Source of the DNA: Eledone cirrhosa
Taxonomy: Eukaryota
Length of the DNA stretch: 64,000 bases
Assembly (NCBI GenBank): GCA_964016885.1
Contig: OZ024741.1
Location: 258,726,001-258,790,000 of the forward strand
Direction: 5' to 3'
The position numbers and the translations under genes were made by a program. The first letter of the stretch is position 1. Each line of letters begins with the position of its first letter. Positions 36,866-48,800 of this stretch are shown one piece after another. The notes beneath the pieces are model-generated. The model ran no database searches, was not told the origin of the DNA, and saw nothing but the letters and a program-made list of their open reading frames with translations.

Positions 36866-39800
36866 CCAGTGTTGTTGTTGCTGTTTTCTCTGTCAGTGCC
36901 AGTGTTTTTGTTGTTGCTGTTTTCTGTGTCAGTGACAGTGTTGTTCTAGTTGTTGATGTTTTCTGTGCCAGTGCCAGTGTTGTTGTAGTTGTTGCTGTTT
37001 TCTCTGTCAGTGCCAGTGTTGTTGTAGTTGTTGCTGTTTTCTCTGTCAGTGCCAGTGTTGTTGTAGCTGTTGCTGTTTTCTGTGTCAGTGCCAGTGTTGT
37101 TGTAATTGTTGCTGTTTTCTGTGTCAGTGCCACTGTTGTTGTTGCTGTTTTCTGTGTCAGTGCCAGTGTTGTTGTTGTTGCTGTTTTCTCTGTCAGTGCC
37201 AGTGTTGTTGTAGTTATTGCTGTTTTCTGTGTCAGTGCCACTGTTGTTGTTGCGGTTTTCTGTGTCAGTGCCAGTGTTGTTGTTGTTGCTGTTTTCTCTG
37301 TCAGTGCCAGTGTTGTTGTTGCTGTTTTCTCTGTCAATGCCAGTGTTGTTGTTGTTGCTGTTTTCTGTGTCAGTGCCATTGTTATTGCTGTTGTTGCTGT
37401 TTTCTATGTCAGTGCCAGTGTTGTTGTTGCTGTTGTTGCTGTTTTCTCTGTCAGTGCCAGTGTTGTTGTAGTTGTTGCTGTTTTCTCTGTCAGTGCCAGT
37501 GTTGTTGTAGTTGTTGCTGTTTTCTGTGTCAGTGCCGGTGTTGTTGTTGTTGCTGTTTTCTCTGTCAGTGCCAGTGTTGTTGTTGTTGCTGTTTTCTCTG
37601 TCAGTGCCAGTGTTGTTGTTGTTGCTGTTTTCTGTGTCAGTGCCAGTGTTGTTGTTGTTGCTGCTGTTTTCTGTGTCAGTGCCAGTGTTGTTGTAGTTGT
37701 TGCTGTTTTCTGTGTCAGTGCCAGTGTTGTTGTAGTTGTTGCTGTTTTCTGTGTCAGTGCCAGTGTTGTTGTAGTTGTTGCTGTTTTCTCTGTGAGTGCC
37801 AGTGTTGTTGTAGTTGTTGCTGTTTTCTTGTCAGTGCCAGTGTTGTTGTAGTTGTTGCTGTTTTCTTTGTCAGTGCCAGTGTTGTAGTTGTTGCTGTTTT
37901 CTCTGTCAGTGCCAGTGTTGTTGTTGTTGCTGTTTTCTCTGTCAGTGCCAGTGTTGTTGTTGTTGCTATTTTCACTGTCAGTGCCAGTGTTGTTGTTGTT
38001 GTTGCTATTTTCACTCTCAGTGCCAGTGTTGTTGTTGTTACTGTTGCTGTTTTCTGTGTCAGTGCCAGTGTTGTTGTTGTTACTGTTGCTGTTTTCTGTG
38101 CCAGTGCCAGTGTTATTGTTGCTGTTGTTGCTGTTTTGTCTGTCAGTGCCAGTGTTGTAGTTGTTGTTGTTTTCTCTGTCAGTGCCAGTGTTGTTGTAGT
38201 TGTTGCTGTTTTCTGTGTCAGTGCCAGTGTTGTTGTTGTTGCTGTTTTCTGTGTCAGTGCCAGTGTTGTTGTTGTTGCTATTTTCACTGTCAGTGTCAGT
38301 GTTGTTGCTGTTGCTGTTTTCTCTGTCAGTGCCAGTGATGTTGTAGTTGTTGCTGTTTTCTGTGTTAGTGCCAGTGTTGTTGTAGTTGTTGCTGTTTTCT
38401 GTGTCAGTGCCAGTGTTGTTGCTGTTGCTGTTTTCTCTGTCAGTGCCAGTGTTGTTGTAGTTGTTGCTGCTTTCTCTGTCAGTGCCAGTGTTGTTGTAGT
38501 TGTTTCTGTTTTCTGTGTCAGTGCCAGTGTTGTTGTAGTTGTTGCTGTTTTCTGTGTCAGTGCCACTGTTGTTGTTGCTCTTTTCTGTGTCTGTGCCAGT
38601 GTTGTTGTTGTTGCTGTTTTCTCTGTCAGTGCCAGTGTTGTTGTTGCTGTTTTCTCTGTCAGTGCCAGTGTTGTTGTTGTTGCTGTTTTCTGTGTCAGTG
38701 CCAGTGTTGTTGTAGTTGTTGCTGTTTTCTCTTTCAGTGCCAGTGTTGTTGGTGTTGTTGCTGTTTTCTCTGTCAGTGCCAGTGTTGTTGTAGTTGTTGC
38801 TGTTTTCTGTGTCAGTGCCAGTGTTGTTGTTGCTGTTGCTATTTTCACTGTCAGTGCCAGTGTTGTTGTTGTTACTGTTTTCTGTGTCAGTGCCAGTGTT
38901 GTTGTTGTTGCTGTTTTCTGTGTCAGTGCCAGTGTTGTTGTTGTTACTGTTGCTGTTTTCTGTGTCAGTGCCAGTCTTGTTGTTGTTACTGTTGCTGTTT
39001 TCTGTGCCAGAGCCAGTGTTATTGTTGCTGTTGTTGCTGTTTTCTGTGTCAGTGCCACTGTTGTTGTTGCTGTTGTTGCTGTTTTCTGTGTCAGTGCCAG
39101 TGTTGTTGTTGCTGTTGTTGCTGTTTTTTGTGTCAGTGCCAGTGTTGTTGCTGTTGTTGCTGTTTTCTGTGTCAGTGCCAGTGTTGTTGCTGTTGTTGCT
39201 GTTTTCCGTGCCAGTGTTGTTGTAGTTGTTGCTGTTTTCTCTGTCAGTGTCAGTTTTGTTGTAGTTGTTGCTGTTTTCTGTGTCAGTGCCAGTGTTGTTG
39301 TAGTTGTTGCTGTTTTCTCTGTCAGTGCCAGTGTTGTTGTTGTTGTTGCTGTTTTCTCTGTCAGTGTCAGTGTTGTTGTTGTTGCTGTTTTCTGTGTCAG
39401 TGCCAGAGTTGTTGTTGTTACTGTTGCTGTTTTCTGTGCCAGTGTTATTGTTGCTGTTGTTGCTGTTTTGTCTGTCAGTGCCAGTGTTGTAGTTGTTGCT
39501 GTTTTCTCTGTCAGTGCCAGTGTTGTTGTAGTTGTTGCTGTTTTCTGTGTCAGTGCCAGTGTTGTTGTTGTTGCTATTTTCACTGTCAGTGCCAGTGTTG
39601 TTGCTGTTGCTGTTTTCTCTGTCAGTGCCAGTGATGTTGTAGTTGTTGCTGTTTTCTGTGTTAGTGCCAGTGTTGTTGTAGTTGTTGCTGTTTTCTGTGT
39701 CAGTGCCAGTGTTGTTGCTGTTGCTGTTTTCTCTGTCAGTGCCAGTGTTGTTGTAGTTGTTGCTGCTTTCTCTGTCAGTGCCAGTGTTGTTGTAGTTGTT

Positions 39801-42800
39801 TCTGTTTTCTGTGTCAGTGCCAGTGTTGTTGTTGTTGCTGTTTTCTCTGTCAGTGCCAGTGTTGTTGTAGTTGTTGCTGTTTTCTGTGTCAGTGCCACTG
39901 TTGTTGTTGCTGTTTTCTGTGTCTGTGCCAGTGTTTTTGTTGTTGCTGTTTTCTCTGTCAGTCTCAGTGTTGTTGTTGCTGTTTTCTCTGTCAGTGCCAG
40001 TGTTGTTGTTGTTGCTGTTTTCTGTGTCAGTGCCAGTGTTGTTGTAGTTATTGCTGTTTTCTGTGTCAGTGCCAGTGTTGTTATAGTTGTTGCTGTTTTC
40101 TCTGTCAGTGCCAGTGTTGTTGTAGTTGTTGCTGTTTTATCTGTCAGTGCCAGTGTTGTTGTAGTTGTTGCTGTTTTCTGTGTCAGTGCCAGTGTTTTTG
40201 TTGTTGCTGTTTTCTCTGTCAGTGCCAGTGTTGTTGTAGTTGTTGCTGTTTTCTCTGTCAGTGCCAGTGTTGTTGTAATTGTTGCTGTTTTCTGTGTCAG
40301 TGCCAGTGTTGTTGCTGTTTTCTGTGTCAGTGTCAGTGTTGTTGTTGTTGCTGTTTTCTGTGTCAGTGCCAGTGTTGTTGCTATTTTCACTGTCAGTGCC
40401 AGTGTTGTTGTAGTTGTTGCTGTTTTCTCTGTCAGTGCCAGTGTTGTTGTTGTTGCTGTTTTCTCTGTCAGTGCCAGTGTTGTTGTAGCTGTTGCTGTTT
40501 TCTGTGTCAGTGCCAGTGTTGTAGTTGTTGCTGTTTACTGTGTCAGTGCCAGTGTTGTTGTAGTTGTTGCTGTTTTCTTTGTCAGTGCCAGTGTTGTTGT
40601 AGTTGTTGCTGTTTTCTCTGTCAGTGCCAGTGTTGTTGTAGTTGTTGCTGTTTTCTGTGTCAGTGCCAGTGTTGTTGCTTTTGCTGTTTTCTCTGTCAGT
40701 GCCAGTGTTGTTGTAGTTGTTGCTGTTTCCTCTGTCAGTGCCAGTGTTGTTGTAGTTGTTGCTGTTTTCTGTGTCAGTGCCAGTGTTGTTGTAGTTGTTG
40801 CTGTTTTCTCTGTCAGTGCCAGTGTTGTTGTTGTTGCTGTTTTCTCTGTCAGTGCCAGTGTTGTTGTAGTTGTTGCTGTTTTCTCTGTCAGTGCCAGTGT
40901 TGTTGTAGTTGTTGCTGTTTTCTCTGTCAGTGCCAGTGTTGTTGTTGTTGCTGTTTTCTGTGTCAGTGACAGTGTTCTTGTAGTTGTTGCTGTTTTCTGT
41001 GTCAGTGCCAGTGTTGTTGTTGTTGCTGTTTTCTCTGTCAGTGCCAGTGTTGTAGTAGTTGTTGCTGTTTTCTCTGTCAGTGCCAGTGTTGTAGTAGTTG
41101 TTGCTGTTTTCTCTGTCAGTGCCAGTTTTGTTGTAGTTGTTGCTGTTTTCTGTGTCAGTGCCAGTGTTGTTGTAGTTGTTGCTGTTTTCTCTGTCAGTGA
41201 CAGTGTTGTTGTTGTTGTTGCTGTTTTCTCTGTCAGTGTTGTTGTTGTTGCTATTTTCACTGTCAGTGCCAGTGTTGTTGTTGTTGCTGTTTTCTGTGTC
41301 AGTGCCAGTGTTGTTGTTGTTGTTGCTGTTTTCTGTGTCAGTGCCAGTGTTGTTGCTGTTTTCTGTGTCAGTGTCAGTGTTGTTGTTGTTGCTGTTTTCT
41401 GTGTCAGTGCCAGTGTTGTTGCTATTTTCACTGTCAGTGCCAGTGTTGTTGTAGTTGTTGCTGTTTTCTGTGTCAGTGCCAGTGTTGTTGTTGTTGCTGT
41501 TTTCTCTGTCAGTGCCAGTGTTGTTGTAGCTGTTGCTGTTTTCTGTGTCAGTGCCAGTGTTGTAGTTGTTGCTGTTTACTGTGTCAGTGCCCGTGTTGTT
41601 GTAGTTGTTGCTGTTTTCTCTGTCAGTGCCAGTGTTGTTGTAGTTGTTGCTGTTTTCTCTGTCAGTGCCAGTGTTGTTGTAGTTGTTGCTGTTTTCTGTG
41701 TCAGTGCCAGTGTTGTTGCTTTTGCTGTTTTCTCTGTCAGTGCCAGTGTTGTTGTAGTTGTTGCTGTTTTCTCTGTCAGTGCCAGTGTTGTTGTAGTTGT
41801 TGCTGTTTTCTGTGTCAGTGCCAGTGTTGTTGTAGTTGTTGCTGTTTTCTCTGTCAGTGCCAGTGTTGTTGTTGTTGTTGCTGTTTTCTGTGTCAGTGCC
41901 AGTGTTGTTGCTTTTGCTGTTTTCTCTGTCAGTGCCAGTGTTGTTGTAGTTGTTGCTGTTTTCTCTGTCAGTGCCAGTGTTGTTGTAGTTGTTGCTGTTT
42001 TCTCTGTCAGTGCCAGTGTTGTTGTTGTTGTTGCTGTTTTCTGTGTCAGTGCCAGTGTTGTTGTTGTTGCTGTTTTCTGTGTCAGTGACAGTGTTCTTGT
42101 AGTTGTTGCTGTTTTCTGTGTCAGTGCCAGTGTTGTTGTTGTTGCTGTTTTCTCTGTCAGTGCCAGTGTTGTAGTAGTTGTTGCTGTTTTCTCTGTCAGT
42201 GCCAGTGTTGTAGTAGTTGTTGCTGTTTTCTCTGTCAGTGCCAGTTTTGTTGTAGTTGTTGCTGTTTTCTGTGTCAGTGCCAGTGTTGTTGTAGTTGTTG
42301 CTGTTTTCTCTGTCAGTGCCAGTGTTGTTGTTTTTGTTGCTGTTTTCTCTGTCAGTGTTGTTGTTGTTACTGTTGCTGTTTTCTGTGTCAGTTCCAGTGT
42401 TGTTGTTGTTGTTGCTGTTGCTGTTTTCTGTGCCAGTACCAGTGTTATTGTTGCTGTTGTTGCTGTTTCTCTGTCAGTGCCAGTGTTGTTGTAGTTGTTG
42501 CTGTTTTCTCTGTCAGTGCCAGTGTTGTTGTAGTTGTTGCTGTTTTCTGTGTCAGTGCCAGTGTTGTTGTAGTTGTTGCTGTTTTCTCTGTCAGTGCCAG
42601 TGTTGTTGTTGTTGTTGCTGTTTTCTGTGTCAGTGCCAGTGTTGTTGCTTTTGCTGTTTTCTCTGTCAGTGCCAGTGTTGTTGTAGTTGTTGCTGTTTTC
42701 TCTGTCAGTGCCAGTGTTGTTGTAGTTGTTGCTGTTTTCTCTGTCAGTGCCAGTGTTGTTGTTGTTGTTGCTGTTTTCTGTGTCAGTGCCAGTGTTGTTG

Positions 42801-45800
42801 TTGTTGCTGTTTTCTGTGTCAGTGACAGTGTTCTTGTAGTTGTTGCTGTTTTCTGTGTCAGTGCCAGTGTTGTTGTTGTTGCTGTTTTCTCTGTCAGTGC
42901 CAGTGTTGTAGTAGTTGTTGCTGTTTTCTCTGTCAGTGCCAGTGTTGTAGTAGTTGTTGCTGTTTTCTCTGTCAGTGCCAGTTTTGTTGTAGTTGTTGCT
43001 GTTTTCTGTGTCAGTGCCAGTGTTGTTGTAGTTGTTGCTGTTTTCTCTGTCAGTGCCAGTGTTGTTGTTTTTGTTGCTGTTTTCTCTGTCAGTGTTGTTG
43101 TTGTTACTGTTGCTGTTTTCTGTGTCAGTTCCAGTGTTGTTGTTGTTGTTGCTGTTGCTGTTTTCTGTGCCAGTACCAGTGTTATTGTTGCTGTTGTTGC
43201 TGTTTCTCTGTCAGTGCCAGTGTTGTTGTAGTTGTTGCTGTTTTCTCTGTCAGTGCCAGTGTTGTTGTAGTTGTTGCTGTTTTCTGTGTCAGTACTAGTG
43301 TTGTTGTAGTTGTTGCTGTTTTCTCTGTCAGTGCCAGTGTTGTTGTTGTTGCTGCTTTCTCTGTCAGTGCCAGTGTTGTAGTTGTTGCTGTTTTCTCTGT
43401 CAGTGCCAGTGTTGTTGTAGTTGTTGCTGTTTTCTGTGTCAGTGTCAGTGTTGTTGTTGTTGCTGTTTTCTGTGTCAGTGCCAGTGTTGTTGTTGTTGCT
43501 GTTTTCTCTGTCAGTGCCAGTGTAGTTGCTGTTGCTATTTTCACTGTCAGTGCCAGTGTTGTTGTTGTTGCTGTTTTCTGTGTCAGTGCCAGTGTTGTTG
43601 TTGTTGGTGTTTTCTGTGTCAGTGCCAGTGTTGTTGTTGTTGCTGTTTTCTGTGTCAGTGCCAGTGTTGTTGTTGTTACTGTTGCTGTTTTCTGTGTCAG
43701 TTCCAGTGTTGCTGTTGCTGTTTTCTGTGCCAGTGCCAGTGTTATTGTTGCTGTTGTTGCTGTTTTCTGTGTCAGTGCCACGGTTGTTGTTGCTGTTGTT
43801 GCGGTTTTCTGTGTCAGTGCCAGTGTTGTTGTTGCTGTTGTTGCTGTTTTCTGTGTCAGTGCCAGTGTTGTTGTTGTTGTTGTTGCTGTTTTCCGTGTCA
43901 GTGTTGTTGTAGTTGTTGCTGTTTTCTGTGTCAGTGCCAGTGCTGTTGTAGTTGTTGCTGTTTTCTGTGTCAGTGCCAGTGTTGTTGTAGTTGTTGGTGT
44001 TTTCTGTGTCAGTGCCAGTGTTGTTGTAGTTGTTGCTGTTTTCTCTGTCAGTGCCAGTGTTGTTGTAGTTGTTGCTGTTTTCTCTGTCAGTGCCAGTGTT
44101 GTTGTAGTTGTTGCTGTTTTCTGTGTCAGTGCCAGTGTTGTTGCTGTTGTTGTTTTCTCTGTCAGTGCCAGTGTTGTTGTAGTTGTTGCTGTTTTCTGTG
44201 TCAGTGCCACTGTTGTTGTTGCTGTTTTCTGTGTCTGTGCCAGTGTTGTTGTTGCTGTTTTCTCTGTCAGTGCCAGTGTTGTTGTTGCTGTTTTCTCTGT
44301 CAGTGCCAGTGTTGTTGTAGTTGTTGCTGTTTTCTCTGTCAGTGCCAGTGTTGTAGTTGTTGCTGTTTTCTGTGTCAGTGCCAGTGTTGTTGTTGTTGCT
44401 GTTTTCTCTGTCAGTGCCAGTGTTGTTGTAGCTGTTGCTGTTTTCTGTGTCAGTGCCAGTGTTGTTGTAGTTGTTGCTGTTTTCTGTGTCAGTACCGGTG
44501 TTGTTGTTGTTGCTGTTTTCTCTGTCAGTGCCAGTGTTGTTGTTCTTGCTGTTTCCTCTGTCAGTGCCAGTGTTGTTGTTGTTGCTGTTTTCTGTGTCAG
44601 TGCCAGTGTTGTTGTTGTTGCTGTTTTCTGTGTCAGTGCCAGTGTTGTTGTAGTTGTTGCTGTTTTCTGTGTCAGTGCCAATGTTGTTTTAGTTGTTGCT
44701 GTTTTCTGTGTCAGTGCCAGTGTTGTTGTAGTTGTTGCTGTTTTCTCTGTCAGTGCCAGTGTTGTTGTAGTTGTTGCTGTTTTCTGTGTCAGTGCCACTG
44801 TTGTTTGTTGCTGTTTTCTGTGTCTGTGCCAGTGTTGTTGTTGCTGTTTTCTCTGTCAGTACCAGTGTTGTTGTTGCTGTTTTCTCTGTCAGTGCCAGTG
44901 TTGTTGTTGTTGCTGTTTTCTGTGTCAGTGCCAGTGTTGTTGTAGTTGTTGCTGTTTTCTGTGACAGTGCCAGTGTTGTTGTAGTTGTTGCTGTTTTCTG
45001 TGCCAGTGCCGGTGTTGTATTAGTTGTTGCTGTTTTCTATGTCAGTGCCAGTGTTGTTGTAGTTGTTGCTGTTTTCTCTGTCAGTGCCAGTGTTGTTGTT
45101 GTTGCTGTTTTCTCTGTCAGTGCCAGTGTTGTTGTAGTTGTTGCTGTTTTCTCTGTCAGTGCCAGTGTTGTTGTTGTTGCTGTTTTCTCTGTCAGTGCCA
45201 GTGTTGTTGTAGTTGTTGCTGTTTTCTCTGTCAGTGCCAGTGTTGTTGTAGTTGTTGCTGTTTTCTGTGTCAGTGCCGGTGTTGTTGTTGTTGCTGTTTT
45301 CTCTGTCAGTGCCAGTGTTGTTGTTATTGCTGTTTTCTGTGTCAGTGCCAGTGTTGTTGTTGTTGCTGTTTTCCGTGTCAGTGCCAGTGTTGTTGTTGTT
45401 GCTGTTTCCTGTGTCAGTGCCAGTGTTGTTGTAGTTGTTGCTGTTTTCTGTGTCAGTGCCAGTGTTGTTGTAGTTGTTGCTGTTTTCTCTGTCAGTGCCA
45501 GTGTTGTTGTAGTTGTTGCTGTTTTCTGTGTCAGTGCCAGTGTTGTTGTTGTTGTTGCTGTTTTCTGTGTCAGTGCCAATGTTGTTGTTGCTGTTTTCTC
45601 TGTCAGTGCCAGTGTTGTTGTAGTTGTTGCTGTTTTCTCTTTCAGTGTCAGTTTTGTTTTAGTTGTTGCTGTTTTCTGTGTCAGTGCCAGTGTTGTTGTA
45701 GTTGTTACTGTTTTCTTTGTCAGTGCCAGTGTTGTTGTTGTTGCTGTTTTCTCTGTCAGTGCCAGTGTTGTTGTTGTTGCTGTTTTCTGTGTCAGTGCCA

Positions 45801-48800
45801 GTGTTGTTGTAGTTGTTGCTGTTTTCTGTGTCAGTGCCAGTGTTGTTATAGTTGTTGCTGTTTTCTCTGTCAGTGCCAGTGTTGTTGTAGTTGTTGCTGT
45901 TTTCTCTGTCAGTGCCAGTGTTGTTGTAGTTGTTGCTGTTTTCTGTGTCAGTGCCAGTGTTGTTGTAGCTGTTGCTGTTTTCTGTGTCAGTGCCAGTGTT
46001 GTTGTAGTTGTTGCTGTTTACTGTGTCAGTGCCAGTGTTGTTGTAATTGTTGCTGTTTTCTGTGTCAGTGCCAGTGTTGTTGCTGTTGTTGCTGTTTTCT
46101 GTGTCAGTTTCAGTGTTGTTGTAGTTGTTGCTGTTTTCTGTGTCAGTGCCAGTGTTGTTGTTGTTGCTGTTTTCTCTGTCAGTGCCAGTGTTGTTGTAGC
46201 TGTTGCTGTTTTCTGTGTCAGTGCCAGTGTTGTTGTAGTTGTTGCTGTTTACTGTGTCAGTGCCAGTGTTGTTGTAGTTGTTGCTCTTTTTCTCTGTCAG
46301 TGCCAGTGTTGTTGTAGTTGTTGCTGTTTTCTCTGTCAGTGCCAGTGTTGTTGTAGTTGTTGCTGTTTTCTGTGTCAGTGCCAGTGTTGTTGTTGTTGCT
46401 GTTTTCTCTGTCAGTGCCAGTGTTGTTGTAGTTGTTGCTGTTTCTCTGTCAGTGCCAGTGTTGTTGTAGTTGTTGCTGTTTTCTGTGTCAGTGCCAGTGT
46501 TGTTGTAGTTGTTGCTGTTTTCTCTGTCAGTGCCAGTGTTGTTGTTGTTGTTGCTGTTTTCTCTGTCAGTGCCAGTGTTGTAGTTGTTGCTGTTTTCTCT
46601 GTCAGTGCCAGTGTTGTTGTAGTTGTTGCTGTTTTCTGTGTCAGTGCCAGTGTTGTTGTTGTTGTTGTTTTCTGTGTCAGTGCCAGTGTTGTTGTTGTTG
46701 CTATTTTCACTGTCAGTGCCAGTGTTGTTGCTGTTGCTGTTTTCTCTGTCAGTGCCAGTGATGTTGTAGTTGTTGCTGTTTTCTGTGTTAGTGCCAGTGT
46801 TGTTGTAGTTGTTGCTGTTTTCTGTGTCAGTACCAGTGTTGTTGTTGTTGTTGCTGTTTTCTCTGTCAGTGCCAGTGTTGTTGTAGTTGTTGCTGCTTTC
46901 TCTGTCAGTGCCAGTGTTGTTGTAGTTGCTGCTGTTTTCTGTGTCAGTGCCAGTGTTGTTGTTGTTGCTGTTTTCTCTGTCAGTGCCAGTGTTGTTGTAG
47001 TTGTTGCTGTTTTCTGTGTCAGTGCCACTGTTGTAGTTGCTGTTTTCTGTGTCAGTGCCAGTGTTGTTGTTGTTGCTGTTTTCTGTGTCAGTGCCAGTGT
47101 TGTTGTTGTTGCTATTTTCACTGTCAGTGCCAGTGTTGTTGCTGTTGCTGTTTTCTCTGTCAGTGCCAGTGATGTTGTAGTTGTTGCTGTTTTCTGTGTT
47201 AGTGCCAGTGTTGTTGTAGTTGTTGCTGTTTTCTGTGTCAGTACCAGTGTTGTTGTTGTTGTTGCTGTTTTCTCTGTCAGTGCCAGTGTTGTTGTAGTTG
47301 TTGCTGCTTTCTCTGTCAGTGCCAGTGTTGTTGTAGTTGCTGCTGTTTTCTGTGTCAGTGCCAGTGTTGTTGTTGTTGCTGTTTTCTCTGTCAGTGCCAG
47401 TGTTGTTGTAGTTGTTGCTGTTTTCTGTGTCAGTGCCACTGTTGTAGTTGCTGTTTTCTGTGTCAGTGCCAGTGTTGTTGTTGTTGCTGTTTTCTCTGTC
47501 AGTGCCAGTGTTGTTGTTGCTGTTTTCTCTGTCAGTGCCAGTGTTGTTGTTGTTGCTGTTTTCTGTGTCAGTGCCATTGTTATTGCTGTTGTTGCTGTTT
47601 TCTGTGTCAGTGCCAGTGTTGTTGTTGCTGTTGTTGCTGTTTTATGTGTCAGTGCCAGTGTTGTTGTAGTTGTTGCTGTTTTCTCTGTCAGTGCCAGTGT
47701 TGTTGTAGTTATTGCTGTTTTCTCTGTCAGTGCCAGTGTTGTAGTTGTTGCTGTTTTCTGTGTCAGTGCCAGTGTTGTTGTTGTTGCTGTTTTCTCTGTC
47801 AGTGCCAGTGTTGTTGTAGTTGTTGCTGTTTTCTCTGTCAGTGCCAGCGTTGTTGTAGTTGTTGCTGTTTTCTGTGTCAGTACCGGTGTTGTTGTTTTTG
47901 CTGTTTTCTCTGTCAGTGCCAGTGTTGTTGTTGTTGCTGTTTTCTCTGTCAGTGCCAGTGTTGTTGTTGTTGCTGTTTTCTGTGTCAGTGCCAGTGTTGT
48001 TGTTGTTGCTGTTTTCTGTGTCAGTGCCAGTGTTGTTGTAGTTGTTGCTGTTTTCTGTGTCAGTGCCAGTGTTGTTTTAGTTGTTGCTGTTTCTGTGTCA
48101 GTGCCAGTGTTGTTGTAGTTGTTGCTGTTTTCTCTGTCAGTGCCAGTGTTGTTGTAGTTGTTGCTGTTTTCTGTGTCAGTGCCACTGTTGTTGTTGCTGT
48201 TTTCTGTGTCTGTGCCAGTGTTGTTGTTGCTGTTTTCTCTGTCAGTGCCAGTGTTGTTGTTGCTGTTTTCTCTGTCAGTGCCAGTGTTGTTGTTGTTGCT
48301 GTTTTCTGTGTCAGTGCCAGTGTTGTTGTAGTTGTTGCTGTTTTCTGTGTCAGTGCCAGTGTTGTTGTAGTTGTTGCTGTTTTCTGTGCCAGTGCCGGTG
48401 TTGTTGTAGTTGTTGCTGTTTTCTGTGTCAGTGCCAGTGTTGTTGTAGTTGTTGCTGTTTTCTCTGTCAGTGCCAGTGTTGTTGTTGTTGCTGTTTTCTC
48501 TGTCAGTGCCAGTGTTGTTGTAGTTGTTGCTGTTTTCTGTGTCAGTGCCAGTGTTGTTGTAGTTGTTGCTGTTTTCTGTGTCAGTGCCGGTGCTGTTGTT
48601 GTTGCTGTTTTCTCTGTCAGTGCCAGTGTTGTTGTTGTTGCTGTTTTCTGTGTCAGTGCCAGTGTTGTTGTTGTTGCTGTTTTCTGTGTCAGTGCCAGTG
48701 TTGTTGTTGTTGCTGTTTTCTGTGTCAGTGCCAGTGTTGTTGTAGTTGTTGCTGTTTTCTGTGTCAGTGCCAGTGTTGTTGTAGTTGTTGCTGTTTTCTG